Origin: a virus
DNA length: 64,000 bases
Reading direction: 5' to 3' (one strand)
Virus record (IMG/VR): IMGVR_UViG_3300009175_000013
Location: 1-64,000 of that record
In this document: positions 18,186 to 27,796 of the stretch, one piece after another
Position numbering within the stretch: position 1 is the first letter of the stretch
Layout of the letters: each line of letters begins with the position of its first letter
Notes under the pieces: model-generated
Seen by the model: the letters and a program-made list of their open reading frames with translations, nothing else
Databases searched by the model: none
Told to the model about the DNA's origin: nothing
Translations under genes and position numbers: made by a program

Positions 18186-18926
18186 TTATAGTCCGAGTTT
18201 CTGGCGTAATTCCCGCATCAGGGCTGCTCTGGTGTTCATCTGGGAGAGGTTGGCTCGCGTGATGATGCCACGGCGTGGTTTGCCTTGGCGGCTTTCCATT
18301 ACGGAGAGGGTGGCTTCCAGTACGGATGGTTCACCAACTACGTCCCAGGTGACGAAGCGGTAGCCGGGCTGGACGATGTAGCGTTCGTTCTCGGAGCCTT
18401 CGTTGACTACTTCCATGTCGCCGACGCCGCGCGAGGAGATGCCGAGCTTGACCCCAGCGCGGAGGAGTGCGGCGAGGTTTTTACCTTGGTCGGTGCCTTC
18501 GATGACTTCGGCTTCGCCGTAGACGTATTTGCCTTCGGTCCAGACTTTGGTGATGAGGTGGCTGACTCTTTCGAGGTGGATTTTGGCATCGGGCGGGTGG
18601 TCGAATTCGCCCATGACGACGCGGCGGGTGAGGTCGGGTTGGAGGGCTCCTACGGCTTCGCGGATGATTGGTCCGGTGTAGAGGCGGTGATTTTGGTTTT
18701 CTTCGTCCATCTTTTGGAAGATGCCGGTGATGCGGAGGATTTGTTTGGCTGCCGCTCCGGCGGCTTCGGAGAGAACGGACTTGACTTCTTTGACGTCGAA
18801 GGCGTAGGTTTCCTGGAGGAATTTCTTGCCGACGGGGATGATGCCGGTTTGGGCGATGAGGCCGCGATTGAATTCTTGCACGATCCCGGATTGTCTGGTG
18901 ATCATAGTCTCTCCATGTTTTGCCAA
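18186..18926 (-). CDS. Prohead core protease (T4 gp21-like)
   Basis: N.N.R.Y, GEFDHP, VSHLI, GISSRGVG, WDVVGEPS motifs. Confidence 0.93.
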   Translation of the reverse strand: MAKHGETMITRQSGIVQEFNRGLIAQTGIIPVGKKFLQETYAFDVKEVKSVLSEAAGAAAKQILRITGIFQKMDEENQNHRLYTGPIIREAVGALQPDLTRRVVMGEFDHPPDAKIHLERVSHLITKVWTEGKYVYGEAEVIEGTDQGKNLAALLRAGVKLGISSRGVGDMEVVNEGSENERYIVQPGYRFVTWDVVGEPSVLEATLSVMESRQGKPRRGIITRANLSQMNTRAALMRELRQKLGL

Positions 18927-18999
18927 TTTATTTTTGCCGGGATGGGATTATATATACGGCGAGGGCGTGCTGTTACACACGCCCTCGGTCTTCATCGGG

Positions 19000-21756
19000 T
19001 CATTTGGTCTCGACTGGCTTTGGCTCTTCTTTCTTTGGCTCTTCTGGCTTCTGTGCTGCTACTGGCTCTTTTGGCTCTTCTTTCGCTGCTGGCTCTTCTT
19101 TCTTTCCTGACTTCTTTGCTGCCATTTCTGCTTGCTTCGCTTTCCACCAATCACTGCCTTCTTGCACACCTTCCGGCTTGCCAGCTTCATCAACCGTAGC
19201 TTCACGGCCTTGCGGCTCAGCAGGTTGTTCCGCTGGCTTACCAGTCAGATTGCTTTCCGTAACGCGGAGCGACTCGATATTGGAATCGAGCCATTCCACA
19301 AATTCATCGATCGACGCTTCCTTATCCGAGGCTTCGCTCAGGAACAAAGCACCGCCGACCATCTCAGCAGGAACGGGGACCTCAATAGCCCCATTTTCGC
19401 TGAGGAGCACAAGGGGAGCCTGGCTATTATCCAGAACGAACTTGACGCCCTTGTACTCACCAAGGACGGCCTTCTCTTCGCGTTCCAGCCACTTGAGTTT
19501 CCCCTCATCAAGCTTATTGATGGAGGAACGCTTGAAGCCTTGCCGGCCTAGGCGACCCCGGAAGCGTTGCCACTTATACTGGCCCTCAGAAATAACCGTG
19601 CCGGTATCCTGAACGCTCTCGGGTGCACCCTGGGCTTGCTGGTACTGAGCGAGCAGTTGGCCACTGAGATCGGTCACCATCTGCTGCTGGGCCTTAGGAT
19701 CGGTCACGCCCTGGAGTTGTTGAGCCATACGCTGATTCTTGCGGATGTAGGCTTCAGCAGCCGCCTGTGCCGCCAAGGGGTCCTTAGCAGCATTGGGGTT
19801 GGTGGCGATTTCCTTCTTGAATTCTTCAACATCTTGGGTGCCGACAGCATCCTCGACGAGCGTGTGGTAGTCCCTATTCAGGTCGGATTCTACCATGCCC
19901 TTCGGGAGGCGATAGGGGTCATCCGGGTTTTCTTCATCCACGACTTCCGGCTCAACCTTGTTTTCAGCGACAGGCTCGGCTTCCGGCTGGATGATTTCGG
20001 CCTTGACGCCTTCAAACTTGGCGAACTCTTTCAGGAGATCTGATTCGAGGGACTCAGAGATGGCCGGACCGGCTGGCTCTTTGGACGCTAGGAGATTGCC
20101 TCCACCGCCAGCGCCCGCACCGCCCTTAGGTGCGCCACCGCCCAATCCGCCTTCTTCCTTCTTCTCGCCGCCTTCGCCGCCACCACCGCCCAGATCGCCA
20201 AGGTCGCCAAGGCTATCTAGGTCGAATCCACCCTCTCCTTCACCGCCCTCGCCACCGGGGGCTGGGGCGGGAGCTGCGGGAGGAGCAGCGGCGGCTGCGA
20301 TGGCCTTGGGATCGATACCCACCGTTACCACAATAGGCTTATCGGTAGCACCTGCACCGCTGGTAACTCCAGCTGGTTCTGCTGCTTTGGCTTCGCTACC
20401 GGCTGCGGCACCAACTTCAGCGGGGCCGCTTTCCCCGGCTTGGGAGCCTGGCATTGCGTCAAAATCGTTGAGACCGCCCGCTTCCATGAGCTTCAAGCTA
20501 CGGCCTGCCGCTTCGAGGGCTTCCATGGCCGCGTGAATAGAGGCGGTATCGCCCCTGGTCTCAATATTGTTAATCAATTCGTCGATCTTCTGGACAGTCT
20601 GCCCGCCAGCTTCGCCACCATTCTTGATCTTGTCCGCGAGCATCCGTAGTCCAGCGGCAGCGGCGTTTCGGTCAGTCTCGGTGACTTCCAAGATGGTGGG
20701 GAGGAATTGCTCATAGGCCTGCTCAAAGTTCTCGGCTTTCGCGAGCAAGTCCACATTCTCGAGCATAATGGGGTGCTCGGTCTTTTCGGCGGTCTTGCGC
20801 CAGGCGTCGATCAATTCTTCCCGGTTGACCTTGAGGTTGGTCTTCCGCATCAGGGTGGCCGTATCCCGCACGAGGTCTTCGTTGAAGCAGGCTTTGGTAG
20901 CCAACGTTTCGCCAATCAGTTTTTCCCATTGCGGGCCGTTGAGCAGGCAGAATTCCTGGTGCTCCTTCAGGAATTGCGAACTGAACCCCACTGCGTCAGT
21001 CAACTTATCCTGAGAAACCAGGCCGGCCACGCTCTCGATCATGGTCTGGAAATTGGGGCTGCGGTAGGCGCTGAGAGCAGCTTCCTGCATGTTGTGGGCG
21101 ACGAGCTTACGCGTAGTTAGCTCGGTAATCCCCAGGTCGAAGGATTTGTCTTTGGAGAAGGTGCCTTCGACGCCACCAGATTCACCAATGGTGATCTTAT
21201 CGGCTAGGAGCTCCACAATCTCTTCGGCAAGTGAGCGGCCCAAGCTCTTATTTTCGTGGACGGTGACTTGGCGGATGACGCCATCTTTGGTTTTGACGAC
21301 GCCACTGGAGGGTACGGCGGTGGAACGGAAGCGGCTGGCCGCAACGCGGTTATAGGCCGCATCGATATCCTTGGCACTGCTCTTCTCGATGGATTCCACG
21401 AGAGCGAAACAGGCCTGCTCAAACATCTCAGGCTTGGTGTCTTCATGGAGTTCGAGTTTCACAATGTTGTTGATCTTGACCCTGCCACCCTTCTCGCGTA
21501 CATGGTCGGCGATCAGGAATTCATTGGCAGTAGTATCTTCGATGATGAGCTTGGTAGATTGGAGTGCAGTGAGCTTCCAGGCTGCTCCCTGCTGTTCTCC
21601 CAGTCTCCGCACCGCATCCTCAAAGAAAGCGATTTGGGCTTGGGCTGACCCGTTGATCGCGGACAAGAACTTACGGGTATCCATAGTCACCTTCGCGGGG
21701 ACGGACGCCGAAGTTTCCTGATTGCGCTGTTGGGACATTGCCATACTCCGATACAA
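19000..21756 (-). CDS. Large acidic head-associated protein (putative prohead core component)
   Basis: 918 aa between portal and protease; low-complexity Gly/Ala/Pro/Glu segments. Confidence 0.6.
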   Translation of the reverse strand: MYRSMAMSQQRNQETSASVPAKVTMDTRKFLSAINGSAQAQIAFFEDAVRRLGEQQGAAWKLTALQSTKLIIEDTTANEFLIADHVREKGGRVKINNIVKLELHEDTKPEMFEQACFALVESIEKSSAKDIDAAYNRVAASRFRSTAVPSSGVVKTKDGVIRQVTVHENKSLGRSLAEEIVELLADKITIGESGGVEGTFSKDKSFDLGITELTTRKLVAHNMQEAALSAYRSPNFQTMIESVAGLVSQDKLTDAVGFSSQFLKEHQEFCLLNGPQWEKLIGETLATKACFNEDLVRDTATLMRKTNLKVNREELIDAWRKTAEKTEHPIMLENVDLLAKAENFEQAYEQFLPTILEVTETDRNAAAAGLRMLADKIKNGGEAGGQTVQKIDELINNIETRGDTASIHAAMEALEAAGRSLKLMEAGGLNDFDAMPGSQAGESGPAEVGAAAGSEAKAAEPAGVTSGAGATDKPIVVTVGIDPKAIAAAAAPPAAPAPAPGGEGGEGEGGFDLDSLGDLGDLGGGGGEGGEKKEEGGLGGGAPKGGAGAGGGGNLLASKEPAGPAISESLESDLLKEFAKFEGVKAEIIQPEAEPVAENKVEPEVVDEENPDDPYRLPKGMVESDLNRDYHTLVEDAVGTQDVEEFKKEIATNPNAAKDPLAAQAAAEAYIRKNQRMAQQLQGVTDPKAQQQMVTDLSGQLLAQYQQAQGAPESVQDTGTVISEGQYKWQRFRGRLGRQGFKRSSINKLDEGKLKWLEREEKAVLGEYKGVKFVLDNSQAPLVLLSENGAIEVPVPAEMVGGALFLSEASDKEASIDEFVEWLDSNIESLRVTESNLTGKPAEQPAEPQGREATVDEAGKPEGVQEGSDWWKAKQAEMAAKKSGKKEEPAAKEEPKEPVAAQKPEEPKKEEPKPVETK

Positions 21757-21788
21757 TGGACCTTGGATTCTGAATTATTTTTGAATAA

Positions 21789-24686
21789 CTATTGGTCTTT
21801 CTGGACCAATATATTATAAATCTCTGTGGCAGCTTTCTTCCGCACTTCCTTAGAGATGCTGTGCTCAATGATGAGCTTCTGCTCAGCACCCTTACGAAGG
21901 CCATCAACTTCATGGAAACTAAGCACATGCTGGTATGCCGAGTTGGTCACGCCATTACGTTTTTCGTCAAGTTTCTCGATGAATTCCCGAATCATCTTGC
22001 CGCGGCGCATCTTCCTCTGCTCCGAAATCAGCCGTTTGTAGTCGTGGTCTAGTCTTTCGCCTAGGCCACCTAGTCCACCAGCTCCGGCACCCGCGCCTGC
22101 GCCTCCGGCACCTGCTCCAGCTCCAGCTCCGGCTCCAGCTCCTAGGCCAGCCCCAGCACCACCAGCTGGCGGTTTGCCGAGACCCTTATCCATCCCGCCC
22201 TCTTTCTTATCCTTATCCCCAGCAATCTTCGGCAACTTATCAGCACCACCAGGAGGCGGCTTGGGTGCTCCACCCAATCCCCCGCCGCCACCGCCCAGCC
22301 CACCCTCTTCATCCTGTAGATCACCAGCTTCCGACATAATTGCAGATAGCTCATCGATCTCATCTGGGCTAAGATCCGAAAACCGCGTGACAATCCATTC
22401 CTTTGGGAACCATCCCAGTTCCTTCAGGTCACTCATCACTGCAGTACGGCTCTGCCAGGTTTCCATACGGTATAGCTCATCGATAGCGCTGGAAGCACTC
22501 ATCCCGATCTCAAACCCTTTGAGATCTTCAATGGTGAATCCCTTCATGGCCAGATGGCAGATAGCAACTTTGGTGAGGCCCATTGCGACTTCGCGCTGAA
22601 CCCATTGTACTGATTTGGCGAATTCGGCATCCGTGGAGGAAAGGGACTTGCCCTGCTCTTCACCCGCGCCCTCACCAATGCCCACTCGCTTAAAGGGGAT
22701 CTTGGTTGGTGCAACCATCTTCTTTTTGAAGTATTCGATGTCCTTGATTTGGTCAAGGTTCTCGGCCCCCTCGAGAGTGTCGATGCTCGGGGCAGTCCCA
22801 TCGGGACGAACCGGCAGGAAGAAATCATCTTCCTGGATGAGTGGGGAGAACCGCTCGTTGAACTGGCCAGTGCGGGGATCGTAGAATTTCTGCTGTTTGA
22901 ACATCCGGGCCACGGCCTGCATGAATTCTGGGATGTCTTTGGCAGCGATATTGCCCACTGGGATCTTGAAGATTCTTTTCTCAGGAGCCCTAGTGATACG
23001 GTAGATGAGGGCCGCATCTTCCATGAGCCGGAGTTGTTTGAAGGCTTTGCGTCCACCTTCCATAATCGCCCGACCATATGGGTGATAGATGTTGGCGTAG
23101 TCGGTCAGGCGGAGGTGCATGACCTGCCATGGGTGCATAAATTGGGGTTCTTCCATTACTTCATCTTGGTGGAAGAATCCTACTAGGTCACCGTGCTTGG
23201 TTTCAATGCGGGTGAAGTTGTACACGTTAACGAAACGAAGGGATGCCACTCCATCGCGATCACGCGTGGGGACGATCTCATATGGGGCGTCGCCATATTT
23301 GCACAGGTACCTGACCATGGGGCGGACGTAATTGTCGATGAGAAGCTGGCTAAAGAACAACTCTTCGAGGGCGTGCTTGACGGCGTGGGTTTTGGCCTTG
23401 ATTACGATGGTGTGCTTGCGTTCGGGATCTACTAAACTGGCTTCGTCACTATTGTGGACAATAATCCATGACGACTCAGTACCGGCTGCAAAGCAATTAT
23501 ATCCATCAACTTCGATATCATATACCTCAGTAGCGGATTCGCAGGGCGTAACCGAGATAACTTTGTGATTACCAACAGCGGCCATTCTAAAATCAACTAG
23601 ATTAGTATTATGCCTTTCAAACAGCCTAAGAATAACTCGCTGAGCACATCCCAGATTGTGTGCTATTTTGCGCACGCTACCCAGATCGCCACCATTATTA
23701 ATGTAATTTAATAAATCATCCCAGGTAACCACTGAATATTCGGCTGTCCTGCGGAAAGATTTACCACTTAGGTTCAATTGCATTCCGCGATTGCGGCAAT
23801 GTGGAGCCATTTTGCATCTATATTCTGAGTTTTGCCATTTCAATTTGGCCGCCTCAGAACACTTAATACGCTTTGATTCGCGGGCCTCACCAGTTAATTT
23901 ACCAAGACCTCTGTGCAACTCGGCATGGTCTGCCCACGTCATCAATTTGAAATTTTCTGGTGAATTATTATACTTATTTAAGTCACAATGGTGTATTACA
24001 CCCTTGCGCTCACCAAACAATTTCTCCCACACCCATTGGTGGGTGGCCTGCCACCTCTGATCTTCTAATTGAATAAATTCATATTCACGATTTACCAACC
24101 CATCATGCAATTTTGATAGGGGCGGCTTTCTGGTTTTATATAATGGAACGACTGATTCGCCAGCGCTTAACTTAGCCGCCTCGACCCAGCCATTTTTCTT
24201 AGTTAAAATTTTATGGTTAGGGGTGCATTTAATAGTCAATCCATCATCAAATAACACTTCAACCATTTTAGCATTGCGACCAGAAACATGGGGGTTCCTG
24301 GCTTTAGCTGGCACATACCGCCCATTTGTAACGTCATAGGCATACACCCAAAATTCGGCATCTATCCCTTTGCTAGCTAATTCTCTAATAGTTGGGTGTG
24401 TTCCATCAAGCAGTGGGATTATGGTATCACCATGCAAACAATATAGATCGAGGGCCAGGGACATTTCCCCGGTTTCATCCATTTGGTCGTAGTCTTTGTA
24501 CCGCTCCAGCCGGTTGATTTGGAGGTTGGTCTGGTTCAGGAGCATCTGCTGCTGGTTGAAGTTCAGCAGTTCATTGCCTGCCATGATGCGTAGCAGGTCA
24601 GATTGGTCCTGGAATAGACGCTCTTGCTGATAGATATTAGCTGAGCGTGCTAGGGATCTGATTCTATCAAATAAATGCCAGCTCAT
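21789..24686 (-). CDS. Portal protein (T4 gp20-like) with intein
   Basis: QLRLMEDAALIYRITRAPEKRIFKIPVGN, EDDFFLP, IDTLEG, DIEYFKKK motifs. Confidence 0.95.
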   Translation of the reverse strand: MSWHLFDRIRSLARSANIYQQERLFQDQSDLLRIMAGNELLNFNQQQMLLNQTNLQINRLERYKDYDQMDETGEMSLALDLYCLHGDTIIPLLDGTHPTIRELASKGIDAEFWVYAYDVTNGRYVPAKARNPHVSGRNAKMVEVLFDDGLTIKCTPNHKILTKKNGWVEAAKLSAGESVVPLYKTRKPPLSKLHDGLVNREYEFIQLEDQRWQATHQWVWEKLFGERKGVIHHCDLNKYNNSPENFKLMTWADHAELHRGLGKLTGEARESKRIKCSEAAKLKWQNSEYRCKMAPHCRNRGMQLNLSGKSFRRTAEYSVVTWDDLLNYINNGGDLGSVRKIAHNLGCAQRVILRLFERHNTNLVDFRMAAVGNHKVISVTPCESATEVYDIEVDGYNCFAAGTESSWIIVHNSDEASLVDPERKHTIVIKAKTHAVKHALEELFFSQLLIDNYVRPMVRYLCKYGDAPYEIVPTRDRDGVASLRFVNVYNFTRIETKHGDLVGFFHQDEVMEEPQFMHPWQVMHLRLTDYANIYHPYGRAIMEGGRKAFKQLRLMEDAALIYRITRAPEKRIFKIPVGNIAAKDIPEFMQAVARMFKQQKFYDPRTGQFNERFSPLIQEDDFFLPVRPDGTAPSIDTLEGAENLDQIKDIEYFKKKMVAPTKIPFKRVGIGEGAGEEQGKSLSSTDAEFAKSVQWVQREVAMGLTKVAICHLAMKGFTIEDLKGFEIGMSASSAIDELYRMETWQSRTAVMSDLKELGWFPKEWIVTRFSDLSPDEIDELSAIMSEAGDLQDEEGGLGGGGGGLGGAPKPPPGGADKLPKIAGDKDKKEGGMDKGLGKPPAGGAGAGLGAGAGAGAGAGAGGAGAGAGAGGLGGLGERLDHDYKRLISEQRKMRRGKMIREFIEKLDEKRNGVTNSAYQHVLSFHEVDGLRKGAEQKLIIEHSISKEVRKKAATEIYNILVQKDQ
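23451..24440 (-). mobile_element. Intein (330 aa) with HNH homing endonuclease, in portal
   Basis: LY|CLHGDT...CTPNHKIL...HHCDLNKYNNSPEN...VYDIEV...IVHN|S; lower GC than the host gene. Confidence 0.93.
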
Positions 24687-24709
24687 TTATACTCCGGTCA
24701 CTCCGGCAT

Positions 24710-25360
24710 TTATGGTTGGTCTTCATTTATGTCCGATGCGGGAGCGTCGCGCAACAGACCGACCAGATCCATATTCTGGCCCTCGGTTTCAATATTTTTG
24801 ATGGCTGCAGCCATCTTGGCCATCGAATCAAGTAGTTTACTCGAGTTCATAGAAGTTGCCGCTCTGGTAGCTACCAGAGTGGTGATAGCCTCGATGTACA
24901 TCTGTTTGGTCTCAGCGGGAACGTCGATCCTACTAGTAAATAAATTTAGGTAGTAGTCGATCTTCGCTCGGTCATCCTTAAGATTGGACCAGATTGCCCC
25001 CTGGATACCAGAAAATTCAGCCGCGATTTTGTGCATTAGGGATGCGATCTGGTCGTTGGCTTTACCAGAGGCTAGTTGCTCAGCAGTGATTGGCGCAACT
25101 CTAATTTCTTGGGGAGTCTTGGCTTTGGCCAGTACTGGATCCTCTTTAACCTCCTTGGGCTCTTTCCCTTCCTCCTTTTTGTCGTCCTTCTTGACTAGGC
25201 TGGGGCGTTTGGATTTGGCTGGGGATCCGGATGGCGATGTGGTAGGGGCCTCGGGGGCTTCAAGTTCCTCTTCCTCTGGGCCTAGATTTGGGTCTGACTC
25301 GTCCAGGGCGGACAGCAGCTTCTCAAGGTCATCCTGGTCTTTGTCTGGGGTATCAGCCAT
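24710..25360 (-). CDS. Hypothetical protein between portal and terminase (small terminase candidate)
   Basis: AGGAG RBS; the functional guess rests on position only. Confidence 0.5.
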   Translation of the reverse strand: MADTPDKDQDDLEKLLSALDESDPNLGPEEEELEAPEAPTTSPSGSPAKSKRPSLVKKDDKKEEGKEPKEVKEDPVLAKAKTPQEIRVAPITAEQLASGKANDQIASLMHKIAAEFSGIQGAIWSNLKDDRAKIDYYLNLFTSRIDVPAETKQMYIEAITTLVATRAATSMNSSKLLDSMAKMAAAIKNIETEGQNMDLVGLLRDAPASDINEDQP

Positions 25361-25416
25361 TCGTTACGACTCCTGCTTTAAATTTGACCAAATATAATAT
25401 AGTATTGGGAAATAGT

Positions 25417-27738
25417 ATGGCCAATCACGAAGAAATTGCGAAATTCATCGCGGACTGCCGACAATCTGCCACCTTCTTCATGGAAAACAGTTGCCGCATC
25501 AAGCATCCCCTTATTGGTATCATACCGTTCAAGCTTTTTGGATACCAAAGACAAAGTCTGTTCAGCCTCCGGAAAAACCGCTTCAACATCTTCAAGAAAT
25601 GCCGCCAGTGCCTCGCCGAAGGATCCCCTGTCCAAGCCCCCGGTGGAGACATCCCCATCGAGAACGTAAGAGCAGGCGATACAGTATTTACACTCAACCG
25701 AAAGTCAGAATCCATAGAGCTGGCCACCGTCGAGCAGCTCCATGATAACGGAGTCGCCCAATGCTATCAAATAACCATGGCCTCGCGCCGTAAAATCATC
25801 CTGACCATGGACCACCGCATTCTCACCTACGAAGGCATGAAAGAAGTCGCAGAGCTCCGCGTCGGAGACCACCTGGTAGAACTGAATGCACACACTACCA
25901 GCAGAATTGCAGAGATCGCGGCAGTGGGCCAACGCCGCGTCTATGATCTCACCATCCCACCCCACCATAATTATATCGTCAACGACCTAATCGTACACAA
26001 CTGCGGAATTTCCACCTTGACTGGGATATACGCCCTCTGGGTGGCAATGTTCTTTGGGAATAAAAAGATTCTGATCGTCTCGAAGCGTGACTTGGACGCC
26101 AAAAGCTTCCTCGATGACAACATCAAGCTGGTATACAACAACTTGCCGGCATGGATGCGGGAAATCTGGAAAACTCCTATCCTTAACGAGCATGAATTGG
26201 GATTCCAGAATGGTTCAATAATCCGCTCACTAACTTCCAGCCCGGACACCCTACGGTCCAACGCTTCATCATTGAATATCATCGACGAAGCTGCGTTCAT
26301 GCCCGACATGGAAACGATGTGGTCTGGCGGCTGGTCTACCCTCCAACACGGCGGATCGGCTGTAATCATCAGCACGCCCAATGGCCAGGGTAACTGGTAC
26401 TGGGATAAATGGACGGACGCCGAAGACAAGACCGGCATCTTTAACCCACTCCTCATCAACTGGTGGGATATGGACTGGGTCATTCAGTCCAAAGACCAGA
26501 TCAGCGGCAACACTATTCGGATCGCCCCAACCGATGGCATTAGAAAATGCACAACACCAGCCGAGCGCGATAAATGGGGTCCGTACTGGTCGCCCTGGCT
26601 CGAGAATGAGTATAAGGGTCTGCAGGCCAGAGGCGAAGCCCATCTCTTCAAACAAGAAATCCTCGGACAGTTCATTGGTGGCGGCGGCACCATTATCACT
26701 ACTATGGCTCTTGAGAACGTAGGTAAGACAGTCGAAGCCTCAGAGGACCCACAAACTGTAGCTGAACCAATTAGCTGGACCAATCAAGGCACAGGAACAA
26801 CCGAATATATTGATTTTTCTCCCAACGAGCCTCGTGAGGGCCTCTGGATCTGGAAAAAGCCAGATGCCGGAAAGCCCACCAAATATCATAATGGTAGAGT
26901 AATAGACCCAGGTGAGCCAGGCCATGCCTACGTAGCTGGGGTCGATACCGCCACCGGCGAGAACAACGACTACCACGCTATTGAAGTGTACGACACTTCG
27001 ACGATGGAACAAGTAGCTGAATACATGGGGCGTGTCCCCATTGCCCAATTCGCTAAGATGGTGGATTGGATAGGCAGATGGTACAACGATGCCTTAGTTA
27101 ATCCAGAACGCACTGGCGTAGGTGCAGCTCTCGTGCAAGAATTGCGCGGGATGCTCTACCCAAATCTGTGGCGGATGAAGCGGTCTCGATTGATTAGGCC
27201 AGGAGTACACAGCCCCACCGGTCCGGGCATCTCACTGGGACCCGAGGGATTTTCCACGACTCCAGCGAGCAAACCAGCTCTTAATAAGGCCCTGATCGAG
27301 TTCATCGGCGAGAAGGAGGATGAGGGGTATGCGATCAGAAGCCCACGGCTATACAAGCAACTACAGATTTATATTCGGCATAAGAATCGCCAGGGCATCG
27401 AAACCAAGCGGACTGGTGCTCAGACTGGAAGAGGCAACTTCGACGATTTGGTTATTGCCACTGCTCTCGCTTTTATCGCCGCGCCTGACGTGATCGATAT
27501 AAATCCGATTGGCTTGATCCCAACACACAGCAAGCAAGTTGGTACTTCACCGATTCCTACCAGGCCAGATATGAGTACGGTGACGGACCAGCGGGTGTTG
27601 ATGCCTTTAACCTATTCAAGTATTAGTCGGAATGCCCCCACCGTGGCCGAGCAGGTAGATGCCTTCGCTCGTCAACTGGTGGCTGGCCAGAGCCAGGTCC
27701 TCCCAGCTTCCCGCCAACCCAAAAAGTTCTATAGATAA
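25417..27738 (+). CDS. Terminase large subunit (gp17-like) with mini-intein
   Basis: RQ|CGIST Walker A region, IIDEAAF Walker B, ISTPNG, AGVDTATG nuclease, FDDLVIA. Confidence 0.93.
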   Translation: MANHEEIAKFIADCRQSATFFMENSCRIKHPLIGIIPFKLFGYQRQSLFSLRKNRFNIFKKCRQCLAEGSPVQAPGGDIPIENVRAGDTVFTLNRKSESIELATVEQLHDNGVAQCYQITMASRRKIILTMDHRILTYEGMKEVAELRVGDHLVELNAHTTSRIAEIAAVGQRRVYDLTIPPHHNYIVNDLIVHNCGISTLTGIYALWVAMFFGNKKILIVSKRDLDAKSFLDDNIKLVYNNLPAWMREIWKTPILNEHELGFQNGSIIRSLTSSPDTLRSNASSLNIIDEAAFMPDMETMWSGGWSTLQHGGSAVIISTPNGQGNWYWDKWTDAEDKTGIFNPLLINWWDMDWVIQSKDQISGNTIRIAPTDGIRKCTTPAERDKWGPYWSPWLENEYKGLQARGEAHLFKQEILGQFIGGGGTIITTMALENVGKTVEASEDPQTVAEPISWTNQGTGTTEYIDFSPNEPREGLWIWKKPDAGKPTKYHNGRVIDPGEPGHAYVAGVDTATGENNDYHAIEVYDTSTMEQVAEYMGRVPIAQFAKMVDWIGRWYNDALVNPERTGVGAALVQELRGMLYPNLWRMKRSRLIRPGVHSPTGPGISLGPEGFSTTPASKPALNKALIEFIGEKEDEGYAIRSPRLYKQLQIYIRHKNRQGIETKRTGAQTGRGNFDDLVIATALAFIAAPDVIDINPIGLIPTHSKQVGTSPIPTRPDMSTVTDQRVLMPLTYSSISRNAPTVAEQVDAFARQLVAGQSQVLPASRQPKKFYR
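25609..26001 (+). mobile_element. Mini-intein (131 aa) in the terminase Walker A region
   Basis: RQ|CLAEGS...LTMDHRILT...VYDLTI...IVHN|C. Confidence 0.93.
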
Positions 27739-27739
27739 T

Positions 27740-27778
27740 TTAACGCCCCTATTGGCGACGCGCCTTTAGGGGCGTTAA
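27740..27778. terminator. Hairpin between convergent genes
   Basis: TTAACGCCCCTA/TAGGGGCGTTAA stem. Confidence 0.7.
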
Positions 27779-27796
27779 TGAAGTGGGTGGTCACGC

